This document shows, piece by piece, positions 28,901-38,776 of a DNA stretch of 64,000 nt. Below the pieces are notes generated by a model. It saw only the letters and a list, made by a program, of their open reading frames with translations, was not told the origin of the DNA and did not search any database. Made by a program: the position numbers and the translations under genes. The first letter of the stretch is position 1. Each line of letters starts with the position of its first letter. The stretch comes from Candidatus Moraniibacteriota bacterium (GTDB lineage Bacteria > Patescibacteriota > Minisyncoccia > Moranbacterales > UBA9337), in contig JAQVJM010000001.1 in assembly GCA_028695135.1 (NCBI GenBank), positions 13,718 to 77,717 on the forward strand, given 5' to 3'.

Positions 28901-31484
28901 GACGACCGAAACTTCCATAGATATATCTTCTATCGGAATCAGTGAGGATGAATTGTGTCTGAGGGCATCTTTTTCCACTACTGATTCTACGATAACAGGC
29001 GAACTGGAGAGTTGGACCGTCGATTATGAGACAGAGAGAAGCCTTGCGAGCTTCGATTATTCCACCGTAAGCGAAGATGAGCCTGCAGGCAACAGCGCTC
29101 CGACAGACATCTCTCTTTCAATCGATGCGGTTGATGAAGGAGTGGATATCGGCACCGTTGTCGGAACCCTTTCCACCACTGACGCGGACGGGGGGGATAC
29201 GCATACCTATTCATTCGCTTGTGCTACTCCTGGGGCGGATGATGCCAGCTTCCAGATCTCAGGATCGGATCTTTTGACTGATGAAGTTTTTGATTATGAA
29301 ACTAAGACCAGTTATGCTATTTGCATAAGGGCAGATGATGGCAATGGAGGAATCTATGACAAAAATTTCACGATAAATATTACGGATGTGGATGAAAATG
29401 GCAACGATGACACTGACGACACCGACGGAGAAGACGAAGATGAAGATGAAGATGACGACGAATACATAAACCTAAAAAGTTCCAAAGGCGGAAAACTGAC
29501 TTTTGACGTAAAAATTCCGAAAGACACAAAGGTCAAATCGGATTCCATCAAAGAATCCAAGGATGAATCGACAGAAATAAGGAATGTCGGCATCAAGACC
29601 AAAAAAGACAAAAAAGTCAAAGGGGAGCTCACCATAAAAGATAAGAAGGAAAAACCGGAGGATGTCGTCTTTCCGGAAGAGGTGGACCAGTGCACCCCCT
29701 ATCAGATCTTGGACATAGACGCGGAATTTTCCGATAAGGACATCAAGAAAGCGGAACTGACTTTCCGCGTCCCCAAGGGCTGGCTCAAGAAATACGACAG
29801 GGAAACCATGACTTTCGTCATAGGCAAGAAAGCGGCCAACGAGAAGATGCTTGAAAAGAACAAATGGGCCATCGTCCTTTCAAGCAGCTTGGTAAAGACC
29901 AAGGATGGCTATGATATCTATGAGGTTGAATCAGAATCGCTAGACGGCTATTGGGGAGTCTATGGATGCGGAGGAGGAGCAGGAGAGGATCGAGAGAATA
30001 GCGATAATAATAACAATAATGATAACAACATTGATGACAAGTCGCAGAAGAAAAAAGATATCGATAGAGACGGGAATGATGAGATAGCTATCGATCAAAA
30101 CGGAGATATTTCGGACGGAAACACTGACGGATATGAAGAATTCAGCGATCCAGACGGCTCATCTGACGACATCTACAAAATAGATGGGGATCAGGACGGC
30201 CAAACCGATTTCCTCATAGATACCGATGGAGACGGAAGTGCGGATGCCTATTGGGATCCAGATGACGGGATAGCGACCGATACCGGCATCGAAGAGGTGG
30301 ATGGCAAGACCGTGATTGCGATAGATACTGACGGAGACGGAGAATTTGACAGCTACTATTATCCGATAAGAGATGAGATAAGGGAAATAATAGATGTCCA
30401 ATCGAGCGAGAAAGATGATATAATTTCTTCAAATACGGTTAGAACAAGCGATGATAAGATGAATGGAATTATTAAAAATGAAGAGACGATCAGCGCTGTC
30501 TCAATAATAGGTCTCATAACGGGAGCTGGTGCGGTTATGGCTTCAGCCGGAGGAGCGATTCCTCTGGTTCCTTTTGTGCCTAATAATTTAAACTCGTCTT
30601 TTTTTTACAGGATGCTCTCGGCTTTTAAAAGGAGAAGATTTTTCAGTATTTTTCAGCTTATTCCTTTCTCGACGGCAACCTCTAGAGAAAAAATTGCTTT
30701 TCCTTTTGATAGAAAAGGAGAAGATCCTGCGTGGGGAATTGTTTTTGATTCATATACGAAACTGCCTGTTCCCGACGCGCTTGTCCAGCTGGTCGATAAA
30801 GACAGAGGCAAGATGGTTGAGCAAGTGATAACTGACAAAGAGGGAAGATATGGATTCTTAATAAAAAAAGGAGGAGAATATGTCTTAAAGATAAAGAAAG
30901 GAGAATATGAGATTAAGTCTGATGCTGGAAAAGACAGTCTTTATGGAAAAATTTACAGCGATCCGATATCTTTGAAAGAAGGAGAGGTGGCTAAAATAAA
31001 TGTTGCCCTGGAAGCAAAAGGTTTCAATTGGGATGCTTTTTCTGAAAATATGCTTAAGAGATACCATTCCTTTTTCTTGAGGTCGTTCAGCTATTTTTTG
31101 GATACGGTTTACATTTTAGGATTTCTTTTTTCAATATATGCTGTCATGAACTATCCGAATCTCATAAATTATATAATTTTAATATTATATATCGGATTGC
31201 TTGCCTATAAGCTTGTAAAATACTATTCGGCTAAAAAATTCGGTACAATCATAGGCAAAGAAAGCGGGAGGCCTCTTCCTTTCGCTGTCATAGAATTATA
31301 TGACAAGATTACCAAGCAAAGACTGAATTTTACGGTTTCGGATCTCTTGGGAAGATACTACCTTTTGGCTGATAATGGCGAATATATCATCAGAATTAAA
31401 TACTCAAGTAATTCGGAAGATTTTGAGGGAGAAGATAAAATAATCATAAAAGACGGAATTTTTAAGAAGGACTTAGTTGTTTAG
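25914..31484 (+). CDS. giant modular surface protein 1 (propeller, Big_5, SBBP repeats, cadherin, PGF-pre-PGF-like, Asp-rich repeats, membrane module)
   Basis: Signal peptide; SLSPADNA Big_5; repeated FITKYNxDGSYGWTRTF units; APTDISL..DADGGD..FDYE cadherin; TM helices plus two carboxypeptidase-regulatory-like domains. Confidence 0.88.
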   Translation: MRINIKIKLLLISFFFIASGDVKADFFDPSTIYSLPPAWGTGSLFTIDQDTWTETDEVPIYFADDPAEGVTGGLGLAVNPLTGEYYAIIKSADDLQEDPGYLVILDPTTGEAQRIGQFSTRINSLAFDSRGNLYGTAGLGDVATEGLFSIDISDASITKIMSLSESDSGRALAYNKDDGYLYYAYGVDIPDSWYDKFIDKIDISDPDNPALMSTLEAEPNVNERPISAMVYIGGGEFLAGDTWCYLYKIDVATGALTYLNETDECSKGLAVPWEVALSVSSLSPADNAENVSTGSDLEIVFGDNAYQGTGNIVVKKRGDDSVVETIDVSSSDVTGWGSATLSIDLQDNLPASTHLYVNIDSGAIKNADDDDFSGISDTTTWNFTTDNIIIETVPDGECYEVGSAEASQPADTVLEYSNDDQSSWTYAPVDQGDGGDCNVTDIRLTLDSQSDSVGEDLEAEFVGTVSDTEVISSGDGGVDLLENNHGAYAIVTEESWTYNVGYDIEIGSTGDIYTTGDFEGVTDFDPTDGEDIRTPYSGTDVFITKFNADGTYGWTRNFPGATGDLKHGMALDSSDNVYVGGGFQGTVDFDDAGGTDEHISVGSSDTFLTKYNSDGSYGWTITFGATQIGGVAVDDSDNIYITGEFSLTANFDGTGTGPDEHTSVGDEDIFITKYNSDGSYGWTRTFGGTNDDRGYGISIDSSGSVFATGFFLNTVDFDGTDGVDNHTSSGSLDTFITKYNPDGSYVWTRTFGPDIGYQIANDSYGNIFVVGSFFGSPDFDASELTEDIHTSEGYENGFITKYNNDGSYGWTRTFGEYDEDFGYGVATDDSGNVFITGSFFDTVNFDDTGGTDEHTSADDSDIFITKYDADGSYGWTRTFSGATGYDEGYDIATDGDNVFATGYFLGAVDFDDTGGEDIVTTPSNTITGGFIVKYANDGSYGTIYSKYSLSGTYETSIAPSSLLAWDSLEISQTTPAGTEIEYTILDNTCNSILVGPTTETSIDISSIGISEDELCLRASFSTTDSTITGELESWTVDYETERSLASFDYSTVSEDEPAGNSAPTDISLSIDAVDEGVDIGTVVGTLSTTDADGGDTHTYSFACATPGADDASFQISGSDLLTDEVFDYETKTSYAICIRADDGNGGIYDKNFTINITDVDENGNDDTDDTDGEDEDEDEDDDEYINLKSSKGGKLTFDVKIPKDTKVKSDSIKESKDESTEIRNVGIKTKKDKKVKGELTIKDKKEKPEDVVFPEEVDQCTPYQILDIDAEFSDKDIKKAELTFRVPKGWLKKYDRETMTFVIGKKAANEKMLEKNKWAIVLSSSLVKTKDGYDIYEVESESLDGYWGVYGCGGGAGEDRENSDNNNNNDNNIDDKSQKKKDIDRDGNDEIAIDQNGDISDGNTDGYEEFSDPDGSSDDIYKIDGDQDGQTDFLIDTDGDGSADAYWDPDDGIATDTGIEEVDGKTVIAIDTDGDGEFDSYYYPIRDEIREIIDVQSSEKDDIISSNTVRTSDDKMNGIIKNEETISAVSIIGLITGAGAVMASAGGAIPLVPFVPNNLNSSFFYRMLSAFKRRRFFSIFQLIPFSTATSREKIAFPFDRKGEDPAWGIVFDSYTKLPVPDALVQLVDKDRGKMVEQVITDKEGRYGFLIKKGGEYVLKIKKGEYEIKSDAGKDSLYGKIYSDPISLKEGEVAKINVALEAKGFNWDAFSENMLKRYHSFFLRSFSYFLDTVYILGFLFSIYAVMNYPNLINYIILILYIGLLAYKLVKYYSAKKFGTIIGKESGRPLPFAVIELYDKITKQRLNFTVSDLLGRYYLLADNGEYIIRIKYSSNSEDFEGEDKIIIKDGIFKKDLVV
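27415..28735 (+). repeat. about 7 SBBP beta-propeller repeats within surface protein 1
   Basis: Recurring (I/V)(F/Y)xTGxF...DFD...D(I/T)FITKY...GSYGWTRTF. Confidence 0.85.
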
Positions 31485-31635
31485 TTTCACTTTTAATCTT
31501 TTGTGGCATGATTATTTTACATATAGAGGGAATGATTTTTTGATTTGCGCTTGATTTTATTTTACTAATTCTCTCTCTTTCTGTCTGGATATACATTCCT
31601 TTTAAAATATTTTTAATCCTAACGAATAATTTAAG

Positions 31636-34600
31636 ATGGCCGATTTTAGCGGTGAAAAAATAAATAGGAGAATCCATATCTTCTTTTTTTTGCTTTTTAC
31701 TCTATTTTTATTTGGTAATAGAGCTAATGCATCCCCAGAAGACGATTTCGTGACGACCTGGAAGACAGATAATCCAGGAACTTCAAACAACACTTCAATA
31801 ACTATTCGAACGTCAGGAGGCGGATACAACTACGATGTCGATTGGAACAATGATGGCGTGTTTGATGAATTCGGCATTACGGGAAATGTTACCCATGATT
31901 TTGGCGTTGCCGGGACATATACTATCAGAATAACCGGTGCATTTCCAATGATTCGCTTTGGGGGACTTGGGGATTCAAAAAAAATCTTATCTGTCGATCA
32001 ATGGGGCACGAACCCTTGGGTCTCTATGTCGAATGCTTTTTACGGCTGCAGCAACTTGGAAATAAATGCTATCGACACGCCGGATTTGTCAGGAGTTACC
32101 AATATGGAATATATGTTCAGAGGCGCTTCATCTCTCGATCAAGATATTGGCTCTTGGGATGTTTCGACTATCGAAAATATGTACGGGATGTTCTATGAGG
32201 CCACGTCTTTCAATCAGGATATTGGCTCGTGGGATACCTCAAGTGTTACTGATATGACATGGATGTTTTACGGAGCCACATCTTTCAATCAGGATATCAG
32301 CTCTTGGAATGTATCTAACGTTGTCACGATGTATGAAATGTTCAAAAACGCTATTTCCTTCAATCAGGATATCGGATCGTGGAATGTTTCCACTGTTTCA
32401 AATATGTTTGGCATGTTTCAAAGCGCCACTTCTTTTGACGGTGATATAAGTGCATGGAATACTTCTAGCGTCACAGACATGAGAAGCATATTTAGATTTG
32501 CCACTTCTTTCAACCAGAATATCGGGTTGTGGGACGTTTCGAATATAACATCTACCACAGATATGTTCGGGGGCGCCACTTCCTTTAATCAGGATATTGG
32601 CTCATGGAACTTATCTAACGTCACTGACATGAGAAGAACGTTTGCGGGAGCCTCATCTTTCAACAAAGATATCGGACTCTGGAATGTTTCCAATGTTTTA
32701 TATATGGAAGGTATGTTCGGGGGTGCCACTTCCTTTAATCAGGATATCGGGTCGTGGGATGTTTCCAGTGTCACCGAGATGATCGGAATGTTCAGTTTTG
32801 CTACATCCTTCGATCAAAATATAGGCTTATGGGATACGTCCAGTGTTACCAATATGAACAATATGTTTTATGGCGCTTCATCTTTTAATCAAGACATAGG
32901 AGCTTGGAACGTTTCCAATGTTACCGATATGTATAGAATGTTTTTTGAGGCAGCATCTTTTAATGGAGATATAAGTTCTTGGAATACATCAAGTGTTGTC
33001 AGTATGCGAGATATGTTCAAAAACGCTATTTCCTTCAATCAGGATATCGGATCGTGGAATGTTTCCAATGTATTGTATATGGATGACATATTTGACGGAG
33101 TCTCTTTGTCTGTCGAAAATTACGATGGTATTCTTATTGGATGGAGCTCTTTGCTTTTGCAGAATAATGTAGTCTTTGACGCAGGAGACAGCCAATATTG
33201 TGACGGAGCCGATAATCGGGCTTATATTATTACCACATATAATTGGACAATTTTGGATGACGGACAATATTGTGGTCCGGCAGAATGTGGGGGGGCGGCA
33301 AAAAATTATAAATTCGACGAAACTGACTTCGAGGGAACTTTCTGTTCGGTTGGAACGGAGGATATAGTACCGTCTTTCCCGTCCTATGGAGGAATCATAA
33401 GTTGGACATGCAACTATTATACTGCCAGCATTAGTTGTAGTGCCAGCAGAGATGCGGTCTGTGGTGCGGCTGCTCAAAAATATGATTATAGGGACACTGA
33501 TTTCAACGGATCATTCTGCGCGACCGGGTCTGTTTTGGAGATCCCAACGTTTCCCGAACTGGGTCAGACGGCATTTTGGAGCTGCATATTTGATTCAGGG
33601 GAAGAAATGTGTAGTGCCAACAGACTGGGGTTTTCCAATTTTTACTCCATAGATGATGAATATCTAAGAATGATCGACGAAGATGATTTTGCGGGATTAA
33701 CCTCGGACGAGATTGCTGTTGATACTGCGGAGAATATTTTTTCTGCTCACGGAGCGACGGTTGATCCGACCAATAACGATGTTTATGCCGTTCTTTGGCT
33801 TTCATCTAACGGGCGCAGTTTAGTTAAAATAGACATGGATAATTATGAGGCTGAATTTATTGGAACAATGAGTGATAATTTTTCAAACATCGCTTTTAGC
33901 GATAGCGGAACACTTTATGGCATAACCGGAGACGGCGCAAATATACCATCTTCTCTTTTTGAGATAAATAAAACAGATGCGTCAGTAGTGCTTCTGGCAA
34001 CGTATGAAAGAAATTGGGACGGAGAGGCCATAGCTTTTAATTTTGATGATAGGCGGATGTACAGGGCTAGCGGTAATGATATTTATGCCATTGATCTTTC
34101 TGATGCCGAAAACCTTATAGATATCTCCGTCAATAACGGGGAATTACCATGGTCATCTAATGGTCTGCTGCACAGAGGAAGAGATGACTTTTATGTCGGA
34201 GGAAGTTGGGGTGAAGTATATTCTTTTAATTCATCTACAGAAACAGTTGAATATCTGGGAGACATTAATGATTCAAAGAGTATGTTTTTTTGGCCGCTCG
34301 ATATTCGCATCAGCATAGAATCTCTGTCGCCGCATAACAGAGCGACAGATGTCGCTGTCGATACCGATCTTCGAATAGTTTTTGATAAAGAAGTTTATAA
34401 AGGCGCCGGGAGTATATCGGTTAAAAAATCAAATGGCGGCACAATCGTTGAAAACATTGACATAAACAGAGAAAACATAACCGGTTGGGGAAGTGATACT
34501 CTCCATATAAATTTAGTCAATAGTTTAGAATATGAAACATCTTATTACGTAGACATAGACAGTACGGCTATAATGGATGTGCATGGTAATCCCTTTGCTG

Positions 34601-36159
34601 GAATTTTTGGCAATTCAATCTGGTCTTTTACTACCTCACAGTATTTTGAAGATTCTGTGGAAGATGATGTGGAGAAGGAAGGTGGACCACTTTTCATTAA
34701 AATAGAAAAAATAAAGGATATAATTTCTAACTCCTTATCTATCTTAGTCAAGGTAGAAAATTATGACAAGAGAAATCTTAATTTCAAAGTGAGGATAAAA
34801 AACGTGGAAACAGGCGATACGGAAACCGTAAAAATTACGAAGAAAGTCAACAATGACGGAGAAACGACTTTAAAAATAGAAAATCTTCTTCCGGGAACGG
34901 AATATTCCTTCAGGGCGAAGGTTTCTGAGGAAGGCAAAGATGATTATTCGGATTATTCAAACAGCAGAAGAGCCACGACAGATGAAGAAAAATCGTCGAG
35001 AACATTATTTCTCGATTTAACTGATAGCTTTTCGGATTTTGCAGATAATGGTCCTGAAATTGGAGAAGAAATCTCATCTAATCCTATGATAACGCCGACA
35101 TTTCCTGGATCTTCTCCCCAAAGCGCTTTATCTAGAGAGGACAATTCCGATGTAATTTTTCATAAGAATGCCATGAGAGATTTTGTAGATGAAAATCCGG
35201 CTTTAGCAGGCGCCACAGTCGCTACGGGCTTGATAGCCGGAGCATCGGCGGCCGGAGCGGCTAGCGCAGCGTCTCTTCCCTTTTTCCCTCTTTTCCCCAA
35301 TACTTTGAGCAGAAGACTTTCTGACTTGTTTAAAATTCTTCCGATATTGGCTTCTTCCAAAAAAAGATTCGCTTTGCCCCTGAGGAGGAAAAAGAAGGAG
35401 AGATATTGGGGAGTTGTTTTTGATTCATTCACTAAACATCCCATAAAAAACGTAGGTGTTTTTCTTTTGGACAGAGAAAGGGAAAGGATTGTCGATCAGA
35501 CTGTTACTGACGATCAAGGTAGATATGGATTTCTCATATCCAAAGATGGTGAATATGAATTGATGATAAAGAAGAGCGGTTATAAAATTGAAATGAAGAA
35601 AAAAAAAGACAGACTCTACGGAAATCTTTATACCGGACCCCAATTTTTTGAAAGTAAGAATATCATAAAATTGAACATTTCTTTGAATTGCGAGGGCTTT
35701 GATTGGTCAAGATTTGCTGTCAAGGTGATCAATCAATATAATTCTTTTTCGGCAAAATTAGTCAAATATACATTGGATGTTTTTTTCGTGACTGGTTTTT
35801 CTTTCTCCACATACGCCGCCTTTATTTATCCAAGTACTATAAATATCATCATCTTGGCAGCCTATATCTTTTTTCTTGTTTATAGGATTATAAAGCGCAA
35901 TAAGAATCAGTTCGGGACTGTAACGAGCAAGGATACCGGCAAACCGCTCCCTTTCACCGTACTGGAAGTTTATGATCCTATGGCAAACCAGAGGATTGCC
36001 TTTACTGTCTCTGATATTCTGGGAAGATATTATTTGCTGATAAATAATGGAAGTTATATCCTTAAGGTGAAAGCGGTCAATACGGAAGGAGAAACTTTTG
36101 AGGGGCAGGATAAAATAAGCGTAGAAAACGGAGTATTGAAAGAAAGCATCTCAATTTGA
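31636..36159 (+). CDS. giant modular surface protein 2 (PKD, BspA/DUF285 repeats, Cys-rich repeats, propeller, Big_5, FN3, membrane module)
   Basis: Signal peptide; FVTTWKTDN start typical of BspA-family proteins; 25-aa repeats; CG.AA repeats; [13 protein letters not shown]3; same C-terminal module as protein 1. Confidence 0.9.
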   Translation: MADFSGEKINRRIHIFFFLLFTLFLFGNRANASPEDDFVTTWKTDNPGTSNNTSITIRTSGGGYNYDVDWNNDGVFDEFGITGNVTHDFGVAGTYTIRITGAFPMIRFGGLGDSKKILSVDQWGTNPWVSMSNAFYGCSNLEINAIDTPDLSGVTNMEYMFRGASSLDQDIGSWDVSTIENMYGMFYEATSFNQDIGSWDTSSVTDMTWMFYGATSFNQDISSWNVSNVVTMYEMFKNAISFNQDIGSWNVSTVSNMFGMFQSATSFDGDISAWNTSSVTDMRSIFRFATSFNQNIGLWDVSNITSTTDMFGGATSFNQDIGSWNLSNVTDMRRTFAGASSFNKDIGLWNVSNVLYMEGMFGGATSFNQDIGSWDVSSVTEMIGMFSFATSFDQNIGLWDTSSVTNMNNMFYGASSFNQDIGAWNVSNVTDMYRMFFEAASFNGDISSWNTSSVVSMRDMFKNAISFNQDIGSWNVSNVLYMDDIFDGVSLSVENYDGILIGWSSLLLQNNVVFDAGDSQYCDGADNRAYIITTYNWTILDDGQYCGPAECGGAAKNYKFDETDFEGTFCSVGTEDIVPSFPSYGGIISWTCNYYTASISCSASRDAVCGAAAQKYDYRDTDFNGSFCATGSVLEIPTFPELGQTAFWSCIFDSGEEMCSANRLGFSNFYSIDDEYLRMIDEDDFAGLTSDEIAVDTAENIFSAHGATVDPTNNDVYAVLWLSSNGRSLVKIDMDNYEAEFIGTMSDNFSNIAFSDSGTLYGITGDGANIPSSLFEINKTDASVVLLATYERNWDGEAIAFNFDDRRMYRASGNDIYAIDLSDAENLIDISVNNGELPWSSNGLLHRGRDDFYVGGSWGEVYSFNSSTETVEYLGDINDSKSMFFWPLDIRISIESLSPHNRATDVAVDTDLRIVFDKEVYKGAGSISVKKSNGGTIVENIDINRENITGWGSDTLHINLVNSLEYETSYYVDIDSTAIMDVHGNPFAGIFGNSIWSFTTSQYFEDSVEDDVEKEGGPLFIKIEKIKDIISNSLSILVKVENYDKRNLNFKVRIKNVETGDTETVKITKKVNNDGETTLKIENLLPGTEYSFRAKVSEEGKDDYSDYSNSRRATTDEEKSSRTLFLDLTDSFSDFADNGPEIGEEISSNPMITPTFPGSSPQSALSREDNSDVIFHKNAMRDFVDENPALAGATVATGLIAGASAAGAASAASLPFFPLFPNTLSRRLSDLFKILPILASSKKRFALPLRRKKKERYWGVVFDSFTKHPIKNVGVFLLDRERERIVDQTVTDDQGRYGFLISKDGEYELMIKKSGYKIEMKKKKDRLYGNLYTGPQFFESKNIIKLNISLNCEGFDWSRFAVKVINQYNSFSAKLVKYTLDVFFVTGFSFSTYAAFIYPSTINIIILAAYIFFLVYRIIKRNKNQFGTVTSKDTGKPLPFTVLEVYDPMANQRIAFTVSDILGRYYLLINNGSYILKVKAVNTEGETFEGQDKISVENGVLKESISI
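32101..33075 (+). repeat. 13 x 75-bp BspA/DUF285 leucine-rich-type repeats
   Basis: Consensus [19 protein letters not shown](D/N)(V/T)SxVx repeated 13 times. Confidence 0.93.
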
Positions 36160-36238
36160 AAGCGTCTTGATGAAATTAGGATGGCGGATTAATTTTTCGC
36201 CTTTTTAAATTATTCTTTTTTATGTTAAAATTCAAGGT

Positions 36239-36943
36239 ATGGACGAGAAAAATTCAAAATTAAATAAAACCCACACTCTTATCGTTTCTGATTTTCATAT
36301 GGGGAGCCGGGTGAGCCGGAGCCGAGATTTTCATGAGATGATCAAAAATTTCAATTTTAAAAAGCTTATTCTTTTGGGAGATATCTTTGAAAGTCTTAAT
36401 TTTCAAAAATTGAAAGAATCGGACTGGGAACTTATTTCGGATATAAGCAATCTGGCTAAAGAAAAGAAAGTTATCTGGGTAGAAGGAAATCATGACAGAA
36501 AATTGACAAGTTTTTTTTCCAGCCTTACCGATATAAAGGTCTGTAAGATTTATAAGTGGAAATATAACAATAAGAAATATGTGGCGATCCACGGTCATCA
36601 ATTTGATAATTTTCTTGTAAACAATGCGGTTCTGAGCGTTGTGGCCAACCAGATATATAATTTTATCCAGCTTATGGATTTTAAGGATCGAAAGGTTAGC
36701 CGTCTTATAAAAAGAAAGAGCAAAGGCTGGCTCAGGCTTTCGAAGAAAGTTGCCGAAAGGGCGATAATGTACGCAAAATTTACACAGGCGGATTATATTT
36801 TTTGCGGACATACCCATAAGGCGATGAAGAAAGAAAAAGGGGGAATCAAATACTATAATTGCGGATGTTGGACAGATATTCCTTGCACTTATGTTATTCT
36901 TGATAAGGATAATATAGAAATAAAAGAATATAGCTCCGGTTAA
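36239..36943 (+). CDS. calcineurin-like metallophosphoesterase (LpxH-like family)
   Basis: SDFHMG, LLGDIF, GNHD, HGHQFD, CGHTH, NCGCW motifs. Confidence 0.88.
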   Translation: MDEKNSKLNKTHTLIVSDFHMGSRVSRSRDFHEMIKNFNFKKLILLGDIFESLNFQKLKESDWELISDISNLAKEKKVIWVEGNHDRKLTSFFSSLTDIKVCKIYKWKYNNKKYVAIHGHQFDNFLVNNAVLSVVANQIYNFIQLMDFKDRKVSRLIKRKSKGWLRLSKKVAERAIMYAKFTQADYIFCGHTHKAMKKEKGGIKYYNCGCWTDIPCTYVILDKDNIEIKEYSSG

Positions 36944-36945
36944 CT

Positions 36946-37581
36946 TTGAAACTTATGAAAAAATGCATCCCGGCAATTATAATAATCATGGTATTTTTGC
37001 TTTCTTCTTTTGTTTCTCAGGAATATTCCGATTTTCTGGGAAATTTTATTCTTGGTCACAAAATATTGGGAATTGTTGCCTATATAATAGCAGTTATACT
37101 GGCTATAGTCGTTGCCCCTCTTACAAGCATCCCTTTTATTCCTTTGGTGGTAGGCTATTACGGAGTCTTTTGGACGGTAGTGCTTAGCGTGATAAGTTGG
37201 ACAATAGGTTCTTTGGCGGCTTTCTGGATAGCCAGAAGATTCGGTGTTCCGGTAGTTGAAAAACTGGTTCCGATAAATGAGAAAAGAAAAATTTTTTATA
37301 AAAACATTCCAGAAAAAAGGTTGTTCTGGTATCTCATATTTCTCAGGATAATAATCCCGGTCGATATTCTCAGCTATATGCTCGGACTTTTTACAAATAT
37401 AAGTTGGAAAATTTTTGCCGTAACCACTTTTTTGGGAGTAATTCCCGCTATTGCTTTCTTATCTTTATTTGGCAATGTTCCCGTCGAATATCAATTCATT
37501 TTATTTTTAGCCGGTTCGGTCTTATTTATTTTGTTCTTATTTGCAAGAAGATTGTTGAAAAATAGAAAAAAATATGATTAA
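36946..37581 (+). CDS. VTT/DedA (TVP38) family membrane protein
   Basis: Multi-TM; GSLAAFWIARRFG, LRIIIPVDILSYMLGL. Confidence 0.88.
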   Translation: MKLMKKCIPAIIIIMVFLLSSFVSQEYSDFLGNFILGHKILGIVAYIIAVILAIVVAPLTSIPFIPLVVGYYGVFWTVVLSVISWTIGSLAAFWIARRFGVPVVEKLVPINEKRKIFYKNIPEKRLFWYLIFLRIIIPVDILSYMLGLFTNISWKIFAVTTFLGVIPAIAFLSLFGNVPVEYQFILFLAGSVLFILFLFARRLLKNRKKYD

Positions 37582-37966
37582 AAAGATAAAAAAAACCGAA
37601 AAAGAATGGAAAAAAATCCTGACTTCCGAACAATATCGCATAATGCGCGAAAAAGGGACAGAGCCGGCTTTTTCTTGTGCTTGGAAAAAAATCGGTTCCG
37701 GTTCCTATTATTGTGCAGCTTGCGGTCTGCCCCTTTTTGAGTCGGAAAAAAAGTTTGAATCAGACACTGGTTGGCCGAGTTATTTCGAACCGATAAATCC
37801 GGGGCATATTGAAGAGCGCCAGGATAATTCTTTCGGAATAACTCGCACGGAAGTTATCTGCGCCAGATGCGATTCCCATTTGGGGCATGTCTTTAATGAT
37901 GGGCCTCCACCGACAGGAAAAAGGTATTGCATAAATTCCGTGGCTTTGAAATTTAGAAAGAAGTAA
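37574..37966 (+). CDS. msrB: peptide-methionine (R)-S-oxide reductase
   Basis: EKGTEPAF, CAAC, KFESDTGWPSY, HLGHVFNDGP, RYCINS. Confidence 0.98.
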   Translation: MIKKIKKTEKEWKKILTSEQYRIMREKGTEPAFSCAWKKIGSGSYYCAACGLPLFESEKKFESDTGWPSYFEPINPGHIEERQDNSFGITRTEVICARCDSHLGHVFNDGPPPTGKRYCINSVALKFRKK

Positions 37967-38073
37967 GCCGGCGGGAAAGTAGAGCTGTGATGCTAGTGGC
38001 AGAAAGCCGTTAACTCTATCTGTAAAAGAGTAAAATTTCAAAATATATTTTCTTAAATGCTAATTTTAAATGT

Positions 38074-38625
38074 ATGGGAAAGGAAATAAAGGAAGCTTAT
38101 TTTGGCGGAGGGTGCTTTTGGTGTACAGAAGCGCTGTTTTTCAGGCTCAAGGGAGTGATAGATGTTATTTCCGGATATGCCGGAGGAACAATCGAAAGTC
38201 CTACCTATGAAAAAGTTTGTACGGGGAAAACAGGCCACGCCGAAGTTGTCAAGATAAAATATGATCCTGATATCATAGGTTATGAAACTTTGGTCAGCAT
38301 ATTTTTCTCAACCCATGACCCGACCACTCTTGACAGGCAGGGCAATGATACTGGAACCCAATATCGTTCGATAATTTTATATGGAAACGATGAGGAAAAG
38401 GAAATAGCGCAAAAAGTAATAGATGATTTAGAAAGTGAAGGAGTTTATGGCGATCCGATTGTTACCGAAATTGTACCCTTTGATAAATTTTATCCGGCTG
38501 AAGATTATCATCAGAAATATTATGAAAATAATCCTGAGCAGGCCTACTGTCAGGCGATAATCGCTCCAAAGCTAATAAAATTCAGGGAAAAATTTAAGAA
38601 ATATTATAAGGAAAGTAATAAGTAG
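38074..38625 (+). CDS. msrA: peptide-methionine (S)-S-oxide reductase
   Basis: GGCFWC, TGHAEVV, HDPT, AEDYHQKY. Confidence 0.98.
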   Translation: MGKEIKEAYFGGGCFWCTEALFFRLKGVIDVISGYAGGTIESPTYEKVCTGKTGHAEVVKIKYDPDIIGYETLVSIFFSTHDPTTLDRQGNDTGTQYRSIILYGNDEEKEIAQKVIDDLESEGVYGDPIVTEIVPFDKFYPAEDYHQKYYENNPEQAYCQAIIAPKLIKFREKFKKYYKESNK

Positions 38626-38651
38626 ATAAAATGGTAGGATATTTTTTTAAT

Positions 38652-38776
38652 TCAAATAAGACTGAAAAATATACCATTTAGATGCGCATCTTCCGATATC
38701 AATAGATATCGTCGATACATCGCCTGTCTAACCGTTCTGTCACACCACTCACAAGGCATTATTGCTTTTCTGCCAT
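38652..38776 (-). pseudogene. cryptic CopZ/HMA-like mini-ORF or frameshifted remnant
   Basis: MAEKQ* (TGATG overlap with copA stop), then TAATG-coupled 35-aa ORF MPCEWCDRTVRQAM... (38759-38652) matching MxCxxCxxxVxxA. Confidence 0.4.

Noticed and set aside
29400-30040. GAY/AAY trinucleotide-like runs as contingency repeats
   Set aside because: They are imperfect in-frame runs encoding Asp/Glu/Asn linkers, with no frameshifting potential.
32101-33075. Diversity-generating retroelement TR/VR pair
   Set aside because: Repeat differences are not adenine-specific and no reverse transcriptase is present; this is an ordinary BspA repeat array.
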